Source of the DNA: an uncultured virus (IMG/VR IMGVR_UViG_3300025809_000009)
Taxonomy: Duplodnaviria; Heunggongvirae; Uroviricota; Caudoviricetes
Direction: 5' to 3' (one strand)
DNA length: 64,000 nucleotides
Virus record (IMG/VR): IMGVR_UViG_3300025809_000009
Below, in pieces: positions 18,632-28,020 of the stretch. The notes below the pieces were generated by a model, which was given only the letters and a program-made list of their open reading frames with translations, ran no database searches and had not been told where the DNA came from. The number at the start of each line of letters is the position of its first letter. The stretch's first letter is position 1. The position numbers and the translations under genes are program-made.

Positions 18632-19176
18632 AGTATAGATTTTAGTATTTCATTTACCTCGTTGTTTATCTTGATCATATCTTCTGTATCAAAGTTATTC
18701 CATTTTATTCTGAAATTAGATTCTTTTCTTAGGATGGGGTCGTTCTGTTTTTCATCTTCGTTTGGGGGGACTATGCCGGACCTAGATACATGTATCGAAG
18801 ACCCCCCTTCTTTGTGTACCCATTCTATTTCGTTCTTGAATCTAACGTCCGTTATGAAGACAATTTCTTCGCTTTTTTCAAGGCGTCTCATTTTGCCTCT
18901 CACTTTCTCTATCCAGCAATCTGGGTTCATCTTTCTTCTTATGTGTGTGCCGTAGGTAACTAGAAGCGGGCGTATAATCTTCTTTTCTTCGGTATCTTCA
19001 GTAAATGCTGATATGCCTACGTATTTGCTCAAGATAGTGTCTGCCTCTTCTTTCAGTTCGTCCGCGAATGCCATTCTCCTGTGCCCTATTCCTTCCTGAT
19101 CCAGTAATGGTTTACAAAATTCATAAAATGAATCTTTCCCCGACCTCGCCAGCCCCGATATTCCTATTATCTTCAT
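18628..19176 (-). CDS. Deoxynucleoside monophosphate kinase (T4 gp1-like)
   Basis: IIGISGLARSGKD P-loop, FADELK, ITDVRFKNE. Confidence 0.88.
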   Translation of the reverse strand: MKIIGISGLARSGKDSFYEFCKPLLDQEGIGHRRMAFADELKEEADTILSKYVGISAFTEDTEEKKIIRPLLVTYGTHIRRKMNPDCWIEKVRGKMRRLEKSEEIVFITDVRFKNEIEWVHKEGGSSIHVSRSGIVPPNEDEKQNDPILRKESNFRIKWNNFDTEDMIKINNEVNEILKSIL

Positions 19177-19181
19177 ATTTT

Positions 19182-19478
19182 TTATGCTCCAAATATACTT
19201 TTCATATTAGATGAAAGCTCGTGCATTCCTGCATTGGCGAGCATTCTTGATACAGAGTGGTAAGCTACCAGCTCATCATAGTCTTCATCCATGACATCAT
19301 GCTTTAGTTCGTTGGATATCATTACTGATGAGAGTTTTAACTGCTTACCTCTTTTTTTCAGCATTCCCGTTAAGGCTACGGTGCATGCTTCGACCTCATC
19401 TTCGGCGGATAGAATCACCGACCAGTCAGAACACTTTATTAAAAAGTATCTATCATCACTTAAATCTATAAATTTCAT
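19182..19478 (-). CDS. Hypothetical protein, first gene of the leftward early operon
   Basis: 98-aa ORF starting 6 nt after a consensus -10 box and ending 5 nt before the next gene. Confidence 0.7.
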   Translation of the reverse strand: MKFIDLSDDRYFLIKCSDWSVILSAEDEVEACTVALTGMLKKRGKQLKLSSVMISNELKHDVMDEDYDELVAYHSVSRMLANAGMHELSSNMKSIFGA

Positions 19479-19484
19479 GAGAAC

Positions 19485-19513
19485 AGTATATCATCAAAAC
19501 CCAATAATGTCAA
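19485..19513 (-). promoter_or_regulatory. sigma70-type promoter TTGACA-N17-TATACT with extended -10 TG
   Basis: Plus-strand tgtcaa 19508-19513 and agtata 19485-19490, 17-nt spacer; ATG 6 nt downstream. Confidence 0.85.
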
Positions 19514-19615
19514 TATCTTATATTTATATATTAATAAAAAATATAGTAAGGAACTCTATACTATTAACATCGTACAATTTTTTCAACTACTAAAGTTGAT
19601 TTTTATGAATTCTAC

Positions 19616-19644
19616 TTGACGAAAAACGAATCGTATGTTACTAT
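19616..19644 (+). promoter_or_regulatory. sigma70-type promoter TTGACG-N17-TACTAT with extended -10 TG
   Basis: ttgacg 19616-19621 and tactat 19639-19644; ATG at 19652. Confidence 0.8.
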
Positions 19645-19651
19645 TGTCGGC

Positions 19652-19960
19652 ATGAGGAAATTTATACAGATACCAATGGTAATACAAGAAGATGTGATTA
19701 GTGGAAGATTAATAGGAAACGATTTAGTAGTATATAGTTATTTATTGATGAAAGGGGGGCACGGCAAACCTATATTCTTTTCCAATAACAAAATAGCAGA
19801 AGACCTAGGGGGGATGTCCTACGGCAAGATATCGGCAAGCATGAAGAGGCTTTCCAAAAACAACCACATAAAAAGAAGAAAGACTGCAAACAAGATGTTA
19901 ACCCAGCTAAAAACATTTGTGATAGAGGGCAAGGTTCTAGTAAACGGGAGGGTGTCGTGA
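19652..19960 (+). CDS. Winged-helix HTH protein (replication-initiator N-terminus-like); start revised to ATG 19652
   Basis: FIQIP...LVVYSYLL...FFSNNKIAEDLGGMSYGKISASMKRLSKNNHIKR. The ORF-track TTG start is the -35 box. Confidence 0.7.
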   Translation: MRKFIQIPMVIQEDVISGRLIGNDLVVYSYLLMKGGHGKPIFFSNNKIAEDLGGMSYGKISASMKRLSKNNHIKRRKTANKMLTQLKTFVIEGKVLVNGRVS

Positions 19961-20907
19961 GAGTTTCCGTAAGGATGGAAGGGGGTTTGGGCGACCATTT
20001 TGCAGCAAACAGGTTTATACCTGCAATAAAACAGCTTCACCCAGATTGTACTATAGATCTTTTTTCAGATACAGAAGGAAACAGAGCCCAATCAAACATA
20101 CTAAACGCCATGTGGCCGTCTCATTTTGAAAACATATTTATTATTAAGGACAAAAAATACAATAAATTCAAAATCAAATGTTCTAATTTCCCCGAAGAAC
20201 TTCATCCCGGAAATATAAATAATGTCCCAGATGAGATTAGAGCAAGAATGGAATCCTCTTATGACAAGTTTTACGATCTTCATATAGACTCACTAGAATG
20301 GCTAAATCATGAGTATGACTGGTTCAAGAGTTTTAATTTTTTTCCCGCGCCAGAGGTTCAACCAAAAACCGGAGTAGAGCTCCCTGACAAATTTGTACTC
20401 GCACATCTATATGCTAGGGACGGTGCTGACTCTAACATGGAAGATTGGTATATAAATAAATTAATAAAAAACATAATACAAGACTTTCACCTAGTAATAC
20501 TTTACGACGAAAAGTCGGAGCACAAATACTCAAAACTGATGAACGAAAACTTAGAAAACATATCTTTTCTCCCTCTATCTCTTGAGGAAATATTTTACGC
20601 ATCAAGTAAATGTATAGCTTTCTTTGGTGTTGATTCTGGGGTTAGATATATACCCTACCACCTAGGAAAGCCCACGTTCACCTTTTCAAAATATTGCGAG
20701 CAATACGGAACCGTACAATATTCTTATCTTATACGTTGGTTATTTAACGAAAAGTTTGTGTTCCCATTGCATTATGATATAAAAAGCGCGTCTAGAATAA
20801 TAAAAAACACATTAAGGAATCCGGCGTACAAGCTCTACCCCTTCCTGTTGGATAATATAGAGCAGCTTGTAGCGCAGAGAGACATAACAGGGTATATCAC
20901 AGAATGA
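19957..20907 (+). CDS. GT9-like (heptosyltransferase-type GT-B) glycosyltransferase
   Basis: EGGLGDHF...AIKQLHPD; FFGVDSGVRYIPYHLGKPT. Confidence 0.7.
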   Translation: MRVSVRMEGGLGDHFAANRFIPAIKQLHPDCTIDLFSDTEGNRAQSNILNAMWPSHFENIFIIKDKKYNKFKIKCSNFPEELHPGNINNVPDEIRARMESSYDKFYDLHIDSLEWLNHEYDWFKSFNFFPAPEVQPKTGVELPDKFVLAHLYARDGADSNMEDWYINKLIKNIIQDFHLVILYDEKSEHKYSKLMNENLENISFLPLSLEEIFYASSKCIAFFGVDSGVRYIPYHLGKPTFTFSKYCEQYGTVQYSYLIRWLFNEKFVFPLHYDIKSASRIIKNTLRNPAYKLYPFLLDNIEQLVAQRDITGYITE

Positions 20908-21695
20908 GAACAGCATTATTATTTAGCGGCAAACTCGGAGACTGGAAGCATTGCGTGGAGTCAATTACAAAAAACATAATCTGGCCATTAAGGCCAGATA
21001 TCTTCCTTACAACCTGGGAAGACCAACCGTCTTACGACTTTGCTAATTATTACAACCCTGTAAAACGGGAAATACTTAATTTTGAGAAAACAATGAAGCT
21101 ATTGGATCCAACAAAGAACTTGCCCTGCGAGCCAGGCCCCGGACTAATTCCGATGCTGGTAGGGGTAAAGGCCTCAAACACGATGTTTCATAATTATGCT
21201 TCGTTGAAAAAAATTAATTATGACTTAGTCATAAGGCTAAGGCCGGACATACAAGTACTAGAGCAAATAAAAACTCACGAAATAAAAGATTGCTTAAAAA
21301 ACAAACACATTAGATTGCCGTTATTCGAAAGTGACAATATTTATGATCATGAAAAAGAAATGAAAAATGAATTTAGTTTTAGTTTTGTGCATGAAAAAGC
21401 TTCACTGCCAAATCAAGTTAACGACCAACTAGCGATAGGAAGCCCAGACCAAATGAATAAATATGCCAACTGCCTGTCCAGAGTGACGACATCTATACAA
21501 ACTATGTGGGATAGTGGGTACCCAGAATACATGATTAAAGTCCCCGAGTCCGTAATAACAACATGCCTGAACATACAACAATGTAAATACAAACAATTGA
21601 CAGGTACAAATTCCTTTGGTAATATAAAAACGATCCTATGCAAAGATGGTAAAAAATGGAGAAACAGGGGACATACATCTACAATAGCTGAATGA
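20904..21695 (+). CDS. Putative glycosyltransferase-like protein of polysaccharide loci
   Basis: ALLFSGKL...DIFLTTW...YDLVIRLRPD...NDQLAIG...PE pattern. Confidence 0.55.
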   Translation: MRTALLFSGKLGDWKHCVESITKNIIWPLRPDIFLTTWEDQPSYDFANYYNPVKREILNFEKTMKLLDPTKNLPCEPGPGLIPMLVGVKASNTMFHNYASLKKINYDLVIRLRPDIQVLEQIKTHEIKDCLKNKHIRLPLFESDNIYDHEKEMKNEFSFSFVHEKASLPNQVNDQLAIGSPDQMNKYANCLSRVTTSIQTMWDSGYPEYMIKVPESVITTCLNIQQCKYKQLTGTNSFGNIKTILCKDGKKWRNRGHTSTIAE

Positions 21696-22648
21696 AAATA
21701 TTCTTTCCAGATATACATATAACCCTAACTAAAAACTTAAGCTTAAGCCTGGAGAAGCTTGGGCACCAATTAATAATTCCCTCTGAAGAATACGAAATAT
21801 CAGAACTACCTCCCCAAGGGTGGGCGTGGAACAAGTCTCACTCAAGGAAATCTACTGAAAAGTATGGATTTGCAAAAAACACTATCTATGCCAGCAAAGA
21901 AGAAATTCTCGACATAAAACCAGAGGTTATATTTGTAAGCGCGTTTGAGAATCAATTCGAAGTTATAAACGTATTGTGGCAAGAGGCTAAAAAATGGGGA
22001 GCTAAATTAGCGTTTTATAGCGGAAATGATTATTGGGATACAGCTTACCCATGGGACATAATACAGAACTATATGCCCGCAGATCAGCTGGCAGCAAGGC
22101 TTTGCGAAAAAAACAAAAAACACTACTTCCACTACAGGCCATGGATTGATTACGAAATGTTTTCCTACGAAGGCGTGAGCGATTCAGATATAATAGGAAC
22201 TTATATATGCAATTATAAAGACAATTTCCCCGAAGACTTCGAATGCTACAACAAAATAAAAAAAGCAACCTCAGCGGATTATTTATTATGCGAAGATAAG
22301 ACTAAAAAAGAGACGTCCGAAGTGATGAATAAAAGCTGTGCAACACTGCACATTAAGAGACTAGAAGGCTATGGCTTCGCAGTTATAGAAAGCATGGCAA
22401 AAGGTAGGCCCGTATTCTTCTGGGAACCTTTAACGGAAGGAAAGAGCTATCTTCAATGGTTAAAGTTGGGCGTAACAGCCTTTACATTCAGAGATCTAGG
22501 GGACTACACATCTCAGTTAAATTTCTTTCTCTCCAATAAAGAATTTAGGAATGAGGTTCAATTTAATTGCTCTAAAAAAATAAGAGAGATAATAAACAAC
22601 GAAGAACAAAATCTTAAATTAAATAATTTCTTAAACAACTTATTATAA
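21692..22648 (+). CDS. GT-B (GT4-like) glycosyltransferase
   Basis: LHIKRLEGYGFAVIESMAKGRPV. Confidence 0.75.
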   Translation: MKIFFPDIHITLTKNLSLSLEKLGHQLIIPSEEYEISELPPQGWAWNKSHSRKSTEKYGFAKNTIYASKEEILDIKPEVIFVSAFENQFEVINVLWQEAKKWGAKLAFYSGNDYWDTAYPWDIIQNYMPADQLAARLCEKNKKHYFHYRPWIDYEMFSYEGVSDSDIIGTYICNYKDNFPEDFECYNKIKKATSADYLLCEDKTKKETSEVMNKSCATLHIKRLEGYGFAVIESMAKGRPVFFWEPLTEGKSYLQWLKLGVTAFTFRDLGDYTSQLNFFLSNKEFRNEVQFNCSKKIREIINNEEQNLKLNNFLNNLL

Positions 22649-23343
22649 TGAAATTACTAATAGTATTACCCACTAGAAATAGATTAAATAAATGCATAGA
22701 AGTATTAAAGTCATATATAAACCTATCGACACATAAAGAAACTAGATTCGTGATCAGCTGTGACAAGGACGATAGATCAATGAATCAAAAAACAACTATC
22801 GACTTAATTCGCTCCTTCCCAAATGTAAGTATTATATTTAATGAGAATAGGATAGTAAAAAATAACCTAATTAGCAATTTCACAACAAAAATATGTGCAA
22901 TAAACTCAGGAGTCAAAGATCAAGATTTCGACGTATGCCTACTCGCGAGCGACGACATGCATCCAGAGCTCATTGGTTATGATTCTACAATAGTTGATGA
23001 TATGAAAAAATTCTTTCCAAATACAGATGGAGTTCTTTGGTATAATGATGGCTACCAAGGGCAAAACCTAAACACACTCTGTATCTTAGGAAAGAAATAT
23101 TATGACAGATTCGGATATATATATCACCCTTCCTATATAACCCTTTATTGCGACAATGAATTTACCAAAGTCTCACAAAAACTAAATAAATGTCAATACA
23201 TAGACAAGATAATAATAAGACACAAACACTGGTCTCACAAGGACAATAATAACTCAAGAGATTCTCTTGACGAAAAAAACGACACATTCGCCGCAAGTGA
23301 TGAAGCCAATTTTAGGATGAGACTTAAAAATGATTTTAAGTGA
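22648..23343 (+). CDS. GT2-family glycosyltransferase
   Basis: IVLPTRNR...CDKDD...AINSG...ASDDM...YCDNEF. Confidence 0.8.
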   Translation: MKLLIVLPTRNRLNKCIEVLKSYINLSTHKETRFVISCDKDDRSMNQKTTIDLIRSFPNVSIIFNENRIVKNNLISNFTTKICAINSGVKDQDFDVCLLASDDMHPELIGYDSTIVDDMKKFFPNTDGVLWYNDGYQGQNLNTLCILGKKYYDRFGYIYHPSYITLYCDNEFTKVSQKLNKCQYIDKIIIRHKHWSHKDNNNSRDSLDEKNDTFAASDEANFRMRLKNDFK

Positions 23344-23872
23344 ACAAAAAATAATATTCATTCATGCCCCCAGAACTAGCGGGACATCGATCGAGAATGA
23401 AATACTAAAAGACCAATTAGTGCCAGATCATCAAAAACACCTAAGGGCAAGCCAAATAAAGCAGCACCTAAATAAAGAATGGGATGATTATTTTAAGTTT
23501 ACAATAGTCAGGAACCCCTGGGATAGAGTTATATCTTTTTATCACCAAGTTTTCCACGAAGCTTACGGAATAAGAACTGGAAAAAGTTTGTTATTTTTCT
23601 TGAAACATTATAGACCCGCCCCCTGGGAGCACGGGTTTCAGTGCTCTGATTATGCCGATGAAGAAATGGACTTAATTATCAAATTCGAAAATAGAGAAAA
23701 AGGGTTAAATTCCCTTCGAGATATTTGCGGCATCAAGGTTGACCCCAATAAAAAATCAAGATCAAGAGATAGGGATAAAAAAAATTATAGAGATTATTAC
23801 GACAATGAGACTAGAGACATAGTCAGGGAATCTTTCGCAAGAGATATAGAGCTATATGGATATGAATTCTAG
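23330..23872 (+). CDS. Sulfotransferase family 2 protein
   Basis: FIHAPRTSGTSI (5'-PSB loop), FTIVRNPWDRVISFY (3'-PB), DIELYGYEF. Confidence 0.85.
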   Translation: MILSEQKIIFIHAPRTSGTSIENEILKDQLVPDHQKHLRASQIKQHLNKEWDDYFKFTIVRNPWDRVISFYHQVFHEAYGIRTGKSLLFFLKHYRPAPWEHGFQCSDYADEEMDLIIKFENREKGLNSLRDICGIKVDPNKKSRSRDRDKKNYRDYYDNETRDIVRESFARDIELYGYEF

Positions 23873-24746
23873 AATAAAAGTATCGGTAATCAATGGAAGC
23901 GAAGATACCTTACACGACCCAATACTAGGAAGACCATTTTCCCATAATCTAGACCGCATAGATTATACAGAAAAACATAACGAAGCAGATGCGATATTAT
24001 TACATCTAGATTATCTAGAATGCAATAGAGACTTTGACAGACTATCAAACACAGATTTATATAAAAAATACGGAGATAAATGTTTTTGTTTAGCGATGCA
24101 CGACAACCCAAGCTTCGCCTACAAAGATAGCGTTTGCACTAAATTCATATGCCAACCATTGATGGGGTCTATAGAGAATTCCCACAGAAAAATAATACCA
24201 ATACCTCTAACTATGAGGCATTTTGAATACGAAATGATTAAAGATGCTTTTTTCATAAAAGAATGTAGAGCCTCAAACAAAATAAATAACTTTTGCTTCA
24301 CAGGTCAAACAGGTTACGCCAATAGAGATAAAATATTCAACTACAACCTACCAAAGTTCGACAAAGAGAAAACAAAACCTATCTGGCATATAAAAGATAA
24401 AGAAGAAAGAATAAAATTAAATAAAAATTTCTGCAAAAGATTATCTGCTTCTAAGTTTTCATTTGCTCCTAGAGGGGCGGGAAGTAGTTCATTTAGGCTC
24501 TATCAATCAATGATGTCGGGAACAGTTCCTATAGTTTCAGGCATGAATGATTACCCATTTCAGGACGAGGTCAGCTGGGACTCTATGTGTGTTAGAAGAA
24601 CTATAGACCCAATAGAACTTCTCTCTATTGAAGATGACAGCTACAAGAAAATAAGGAACAGCGCAATAAACTTCTGGGACCAATATGTAAATATAGAAAA
24701 ATGTGACAAAATACTATTTGAAAAATTCATATTAAATAGAAAATAA
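23856..24746 (+). CDS. Exostosin-like (GT47) glycosyltransferase
   Basis: SKFSFAPRGAGSSSFRLYQSMMSGTVPIV...YPF...W. Confidence 0.8.
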   Translation: MDMNSRIKVSVINGSEDTLHDPILGRPFSHNLDRIDYTEKHNEADAILLHLDYLECNRDFDRLSNTDLYKKYGDKCFCLAMHDNPSFAYKDSVCTKFICQPLMGSIENSHRKIIPIPLTMRHFEYEMIKDAFFIKECRASNKINNFCFTGQTGYANRDKIFNYNLPKFDKEKTKPIWHIKDKEERIKLNKNFCKRLSASKFSFAPRGAGSSSFRLYQSMMSGTVPIVSGMNDYPFQDEVSWDSMCVRRTIDPIELLSIEDDSYKKIRNSAINFWDQYVNIEKCDKILFEKFILNRK

Positions 24747-24769
24747 TAAATTAAAAAATACTATCCAGT

Positions 24770-25435
24770 ATGAACAAATCATACGGAAGCGAAGACCTGC
24801 AAAGAAACTGGTACGATGTAAATAAATATCTAGCAAGCAAAAAATGGGAAGAAAATAAAATCCTAACCAAATTACGACCCTCAATGGAGACGTTAAAAGG
24901 AAAAAAAGATTTGGTTGGAGTTGAGTCAGGAATTGGGAGTTGCCTGAACTCTCAAAATATATATACAAATCTAGATATAAGGAAGCTTTACCTGATTGAC
25001 GTAAACGATCCCCCCAGAGAGCCTGGAACCTCACTAATAAACAGAGACAATGTTGAGTTCATGAAAGGAAATTCCATCGACAAGCTTAAGGAGATAGACG
25101 AGCCGCTAGACTTTGTTTACCTAGACTCAAGCCACGAATTTAATCATTTACTAAAAGAAATTAAAGCTATTTATCCAAAAATCAAAAAAGGAGGAATTAT
25201 AGGAGGGCATGACTACGAACATATCGGAGTAGTTTCTGCAGTAAACACGTTCATGTTTAATATATGGAGACATATAGGAAAGAAGCCCGACTCATTCTTC
25301 TTTGAATCATGCCTAGATGAACATCCAGGCATTCCAGAGGAATACTCCGACTTTGGATTTCCTGTTGACTGGTGGCACATAAAGGAGCATGAACTTCCAG
25401 AAGATTTCGAGATACATGAACTGAGAAACGGCTAA
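24770..25435 (+). CDS. Class I SAM-dependent methyltransferase (Methyltransf_24-like)
   Basis: GVESGIGS...LYLID...LDFVYLDSSHEF...KKGGIIGGHDY...GVVSAV. Confidence 0.85.
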   Translation: MNKSYGSEDLQRNWYDVNKYLASKKWEENKILTKLRPSMETLKGKKDLVGVESGIGSCLNSQNIYTNLDIRKLYLIDVNDPPREPGTSLINRDNVEFMKGNSIDKLKEIDEPLDFVYLDSSHEFNHLLKEIKAIYPKIKKGGIIGGHDYEHIGVVSAVNTFMFNIWRHIGKKPDSFFFESCLDEHPGIPEEYSDFGFPVDWWHIKEHELPEDFEIHELRNG

Positions 25436-25438
25436 CCT

Positions 25439-26251
25439 GTGAAGATCAAGATATTTATAGTTACCTACCTAGGGGATAAGAGGTTACGGGTCACCCTTCC
25501 ATCTTTATTTAATAGTGATATAAATAACTTTGACTTCGAAGTTTTTTTGATAAACAATCACACGACTTTAAAAATACCAGAAGAATTTAAAGATAAAATC
25601 TCAGTAATGAACAATGACCTGAGACCCAATTGGTCTACTGGGCACCTTTCGAGAAATTGGAACCAGGCCATCATTAATGGATTTAAGTCTTTAAAAAATC
25701 CTGATTGTGATATAGTAGTTTGCAGTCAAGACGATTCTGTATTCAAAAAAGACTGGGCATCAAAATGCGTAAATTTGCATAAAAAATATTCATTCATACA
25801 AAACGGACATGGGGACCAATTCCACTCTTACCTACCGGAATCTATAATTAAAACCGGACTATGGGACGAGAGGTTTTGCGGGCTATTCAGGCAGGCTGCG
25901 GATTTCTTCTGGAGATGTGTTATGTACAACAAGGATGGGTCATCGATACAGGACATCGGACACAATAGGGTATTAAACCCAATATTAAAAAACGACGAAA
26001 CAGGTTCTAGAAAGTACCTTGTAGACCCAGATGTCAGAAAAATAGACGAAAAACAATGGAGCGATTCGGACACTATAAATAACTCCATATCGCTAAAACT
26101 GATACTTGATAAATACGGGTTTGATCCGTACCCCTGGACAGCAGAGACTATAAGCAGGGCTGGAAACAAAACATTATCTAAAAACTATATAACATATCCC
26201 TACTTCGAGAAAGACATAGAAGAGCTCTCGGAAAAGAACTATCTTGTTTAA
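25439..26251 (+). CDS. GT2-like glycosyltransferase
   Basis: IFIVTY...INNH...LSRNWN...SQDD...GLWDERF. Confidence 0.75.
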   Translation: MKIKIFIVTYLGDKRLRVTLPSLFNSDINNFDFEVFLINNHTTLKIPEEFKDKISVMNNDLRPNWSTGHLSRNWNQAIINGFKSLKNPDCDIVVCSQDDSVFKKDWASKCVNLHKKYSFIQNGHGDQFHSYLPESIIKTGLWDERFCGLFRQAADFFWRCVMYNKDGSSIQDIGHNRVLNPILKNDETGSRKYLVDPDVRKIDEKQWSDSDTINNSISLKLILDKYGFDPYPWTAETISRAGNKTLSKNYITYPYFEKDIEELSEKNYLV

Positions 26252-27673
26252 ATGATTAAGGCGATACTATTTGATCTTGACGGAGTTTTAGTTGACTCTA
26301 GAGATATGCATTACCACTGCTTAAATAAATCCCTAAGCTCTTTGGATCCAAAATTCACCATAAAAAGAGAGGAGCATTTATCTACATACGACGGCCTGCC
26401 TACCGCCAAAAAACTAAACAAGCTATCGGAGCTTAAAGGTCTTCCTGAAGATATGCATAAAGAAGTATGGAAAGGGAAGCAAGAATTTACCATAGACTTT
26501 ATAAACGCAGAATTAAAACCTGACCCTGAACAAATAAAAATATTTAAAAACCTAAAAAGCAGGGGATTCAAGATGTGTGTTTGCTCGAACTCCATCAGAG
26601 AGACAACCAAAATGATACTACTTAGAAAAGGGTTGATTGAGTATGTGGAATTTTATGTAACAAACGAAGATGTGAAAAATTCCAAGCCTAACCCAGAGAT
26701 GTATTTAAAGGCAATGATTAATCTTGGTTTAGCACCAAAAGAGTGTGTCATCGTGGAGGATTCTCACATAGGAAGAAAGGCGGCAATGCTATCTGGCGCG
26801 CATTTATGCGGAGTCACAAACGCAAAAGATCTCGAATTATCAAAAATACAATATACTATAGACAAAGCAAATGCAAATTCAAAAATTAACCAAAAATGGC
26901 AAGGGGGAAAAATGAACGTACTAATACCAATGGCTGGAGCAGGCTCGCGCTTCCAAAAGGCTGGATTCACATTTCCGAAGCCCTTGATTGAAGTGAGGGG
27001 AAAACCAATGATTCAAGTAATTACAGAAAACTTGAACATAGAGGCAAAACATATATTTATAGTTCAAGAAGAACATTATCACAAATATAGTTTAAAAGAA
27101 ACCCTGGAAATGATCTCTCCCGATTGTGAGATAGTAACGGTTAACGGAGTAACAGAAGGTGCGGCCTGCACAACCCTACTAGCCAAAAGCCTTATCGATA
27201 ACGACGAACCTCTACTGATTGCAAACTCAGATCAGTTTGTAGAATGGGATAGTAATGAATTCATGTACTCGATGGTGGGGGATAATATTGACGGGGGCAT
27301 ATTAACCTTTTATTCAACTCACCCAAAATGGAGTTACGCAAAGCTAGATGAAAACGGCTTTGTCTCGGAGGTTCAAGAGAAAAAGCCAATTAGCGACAAA
27401 GCAACAGTGGGTATTTATTATTGGACTAAAGGTTCGGATTACGTAAAATATGCAGAGCGGATGATAAAAAATGACGTAAGAGTTAACAATGAATTTTACG
27501 TTTGTCCGGTCTATAATGAAGCAATCAATGATAATAAAAAAATAAAAATCTTTGATATTCCGGAAATGTGGGGACTAGGAACTCCAGAGGACCTAAAGTA
27601 TTTTCTAGAACACCAAGGGAGAGAAGACTCGGATCCTGACCTATGGGCGAACACTCCAAATCCGAACGAATAA
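26252..27673 (+). CDS. HAD-family phosphatase fused to BcbE-like sugar nucleotidyltransferase
   Basis: N-terminal FDLDGVLVD, CSNS, KPNP, VEDS (HAD); C-terminal LIPMAGAGSRF...PKPLI...TEGAACT...EKKPIS...NNEFYVCPVYN...LGTPEDL. Confidence 0.9.
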   Translation: MIKAILFDLDGVLVDSRDMHYHCLNKSLSSLDPKFTIKREEHLSTYDGLPTAKKLNKLSELKGLPEDMHKEVWKGKQEFTIDFINAELKPDPEQIKIFKNLKSRGFKMCVCSNSIRETTKMILLRKGLIEYVEFYVTNEDVKNSKPNPEMYLKAMINLGLAPKECVIVEDSHIGRKAAMLSGAHLCGVTNAKDLELSKIQYTIDKANANSKINQKWQGGKMNVLIPMAGAGSRFQKAGFTFPKPLIEVRGKPMIQVITENLNIEAKHIFIVQEEHYHKYSLKETLEMISPDCEIVTVNGVTEGAACTTLLAKSLIDNDEPLLIANSDQFVEWDSNEFMYSMVGDNIDGGILTFYSTHPKWSYAKLDENGFVSEVQEKKPISDKATVGIYYWTKGSDYVKYAERMIKNDVRVNNEFYVCPVYNEAINDNKKIKIFDIPEMWGLGTPEDLKYFLEHQGREDSDPDLWANTPNPNE

Positions 27674-27678
27674 AAATC

Positions 27679-28020
27679 TTGAAAAAATATAATCTAAACA
27701 ACTTTAAAGGAGGCTGGGTTGCGGGAAATTTTGCGCCCACTATATTTAAAACCAAAGAGTTTGAAGTTTCCGTAAAAAGTTACGAAAAAGGAGAGTACCA
27801 AGATAGGCATGTCCACAAAGAGGCTGAGGAGCTATCGATAATAATACAGGGCTCAGCAAGAATGAACGGAGAAATTTACAAAAAAGACGATATTATTTTA
27901 ATAGAAAAAAACGAGGCTACAGATTTCATGCCGCTTGAAGATAATACTATAACCTGCGTAATCAAAACGCCCTCAGTGATTGGGGATAAATATTTCACGG
28001 ATGATACTGATCTCCCATAG
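27679..28020 (+). CDS. Cupin-fold protein (start probably TTG 27679)
   Basis: GGWVAGNFAPT...HVHKEAEE...IKTPSVIGDKY. Confidence 0.75.
   Translation: MKKYNLNNFKGGWVAGNFAPTIFKTKEFEVSVKSYEKGEYQDRHVHKEAEELSIIIQGSARMNGEIYKKDDIILIEKNEATDFMPLEDNTITCVIKTPSVIGDKYFTDDTDLP

Noticed and set aside
19291..19651. ORF 19291..19593 and the TTG start at 19616
   Set aside because: They overlap two consensus promoters; the TTG is the -35 box.
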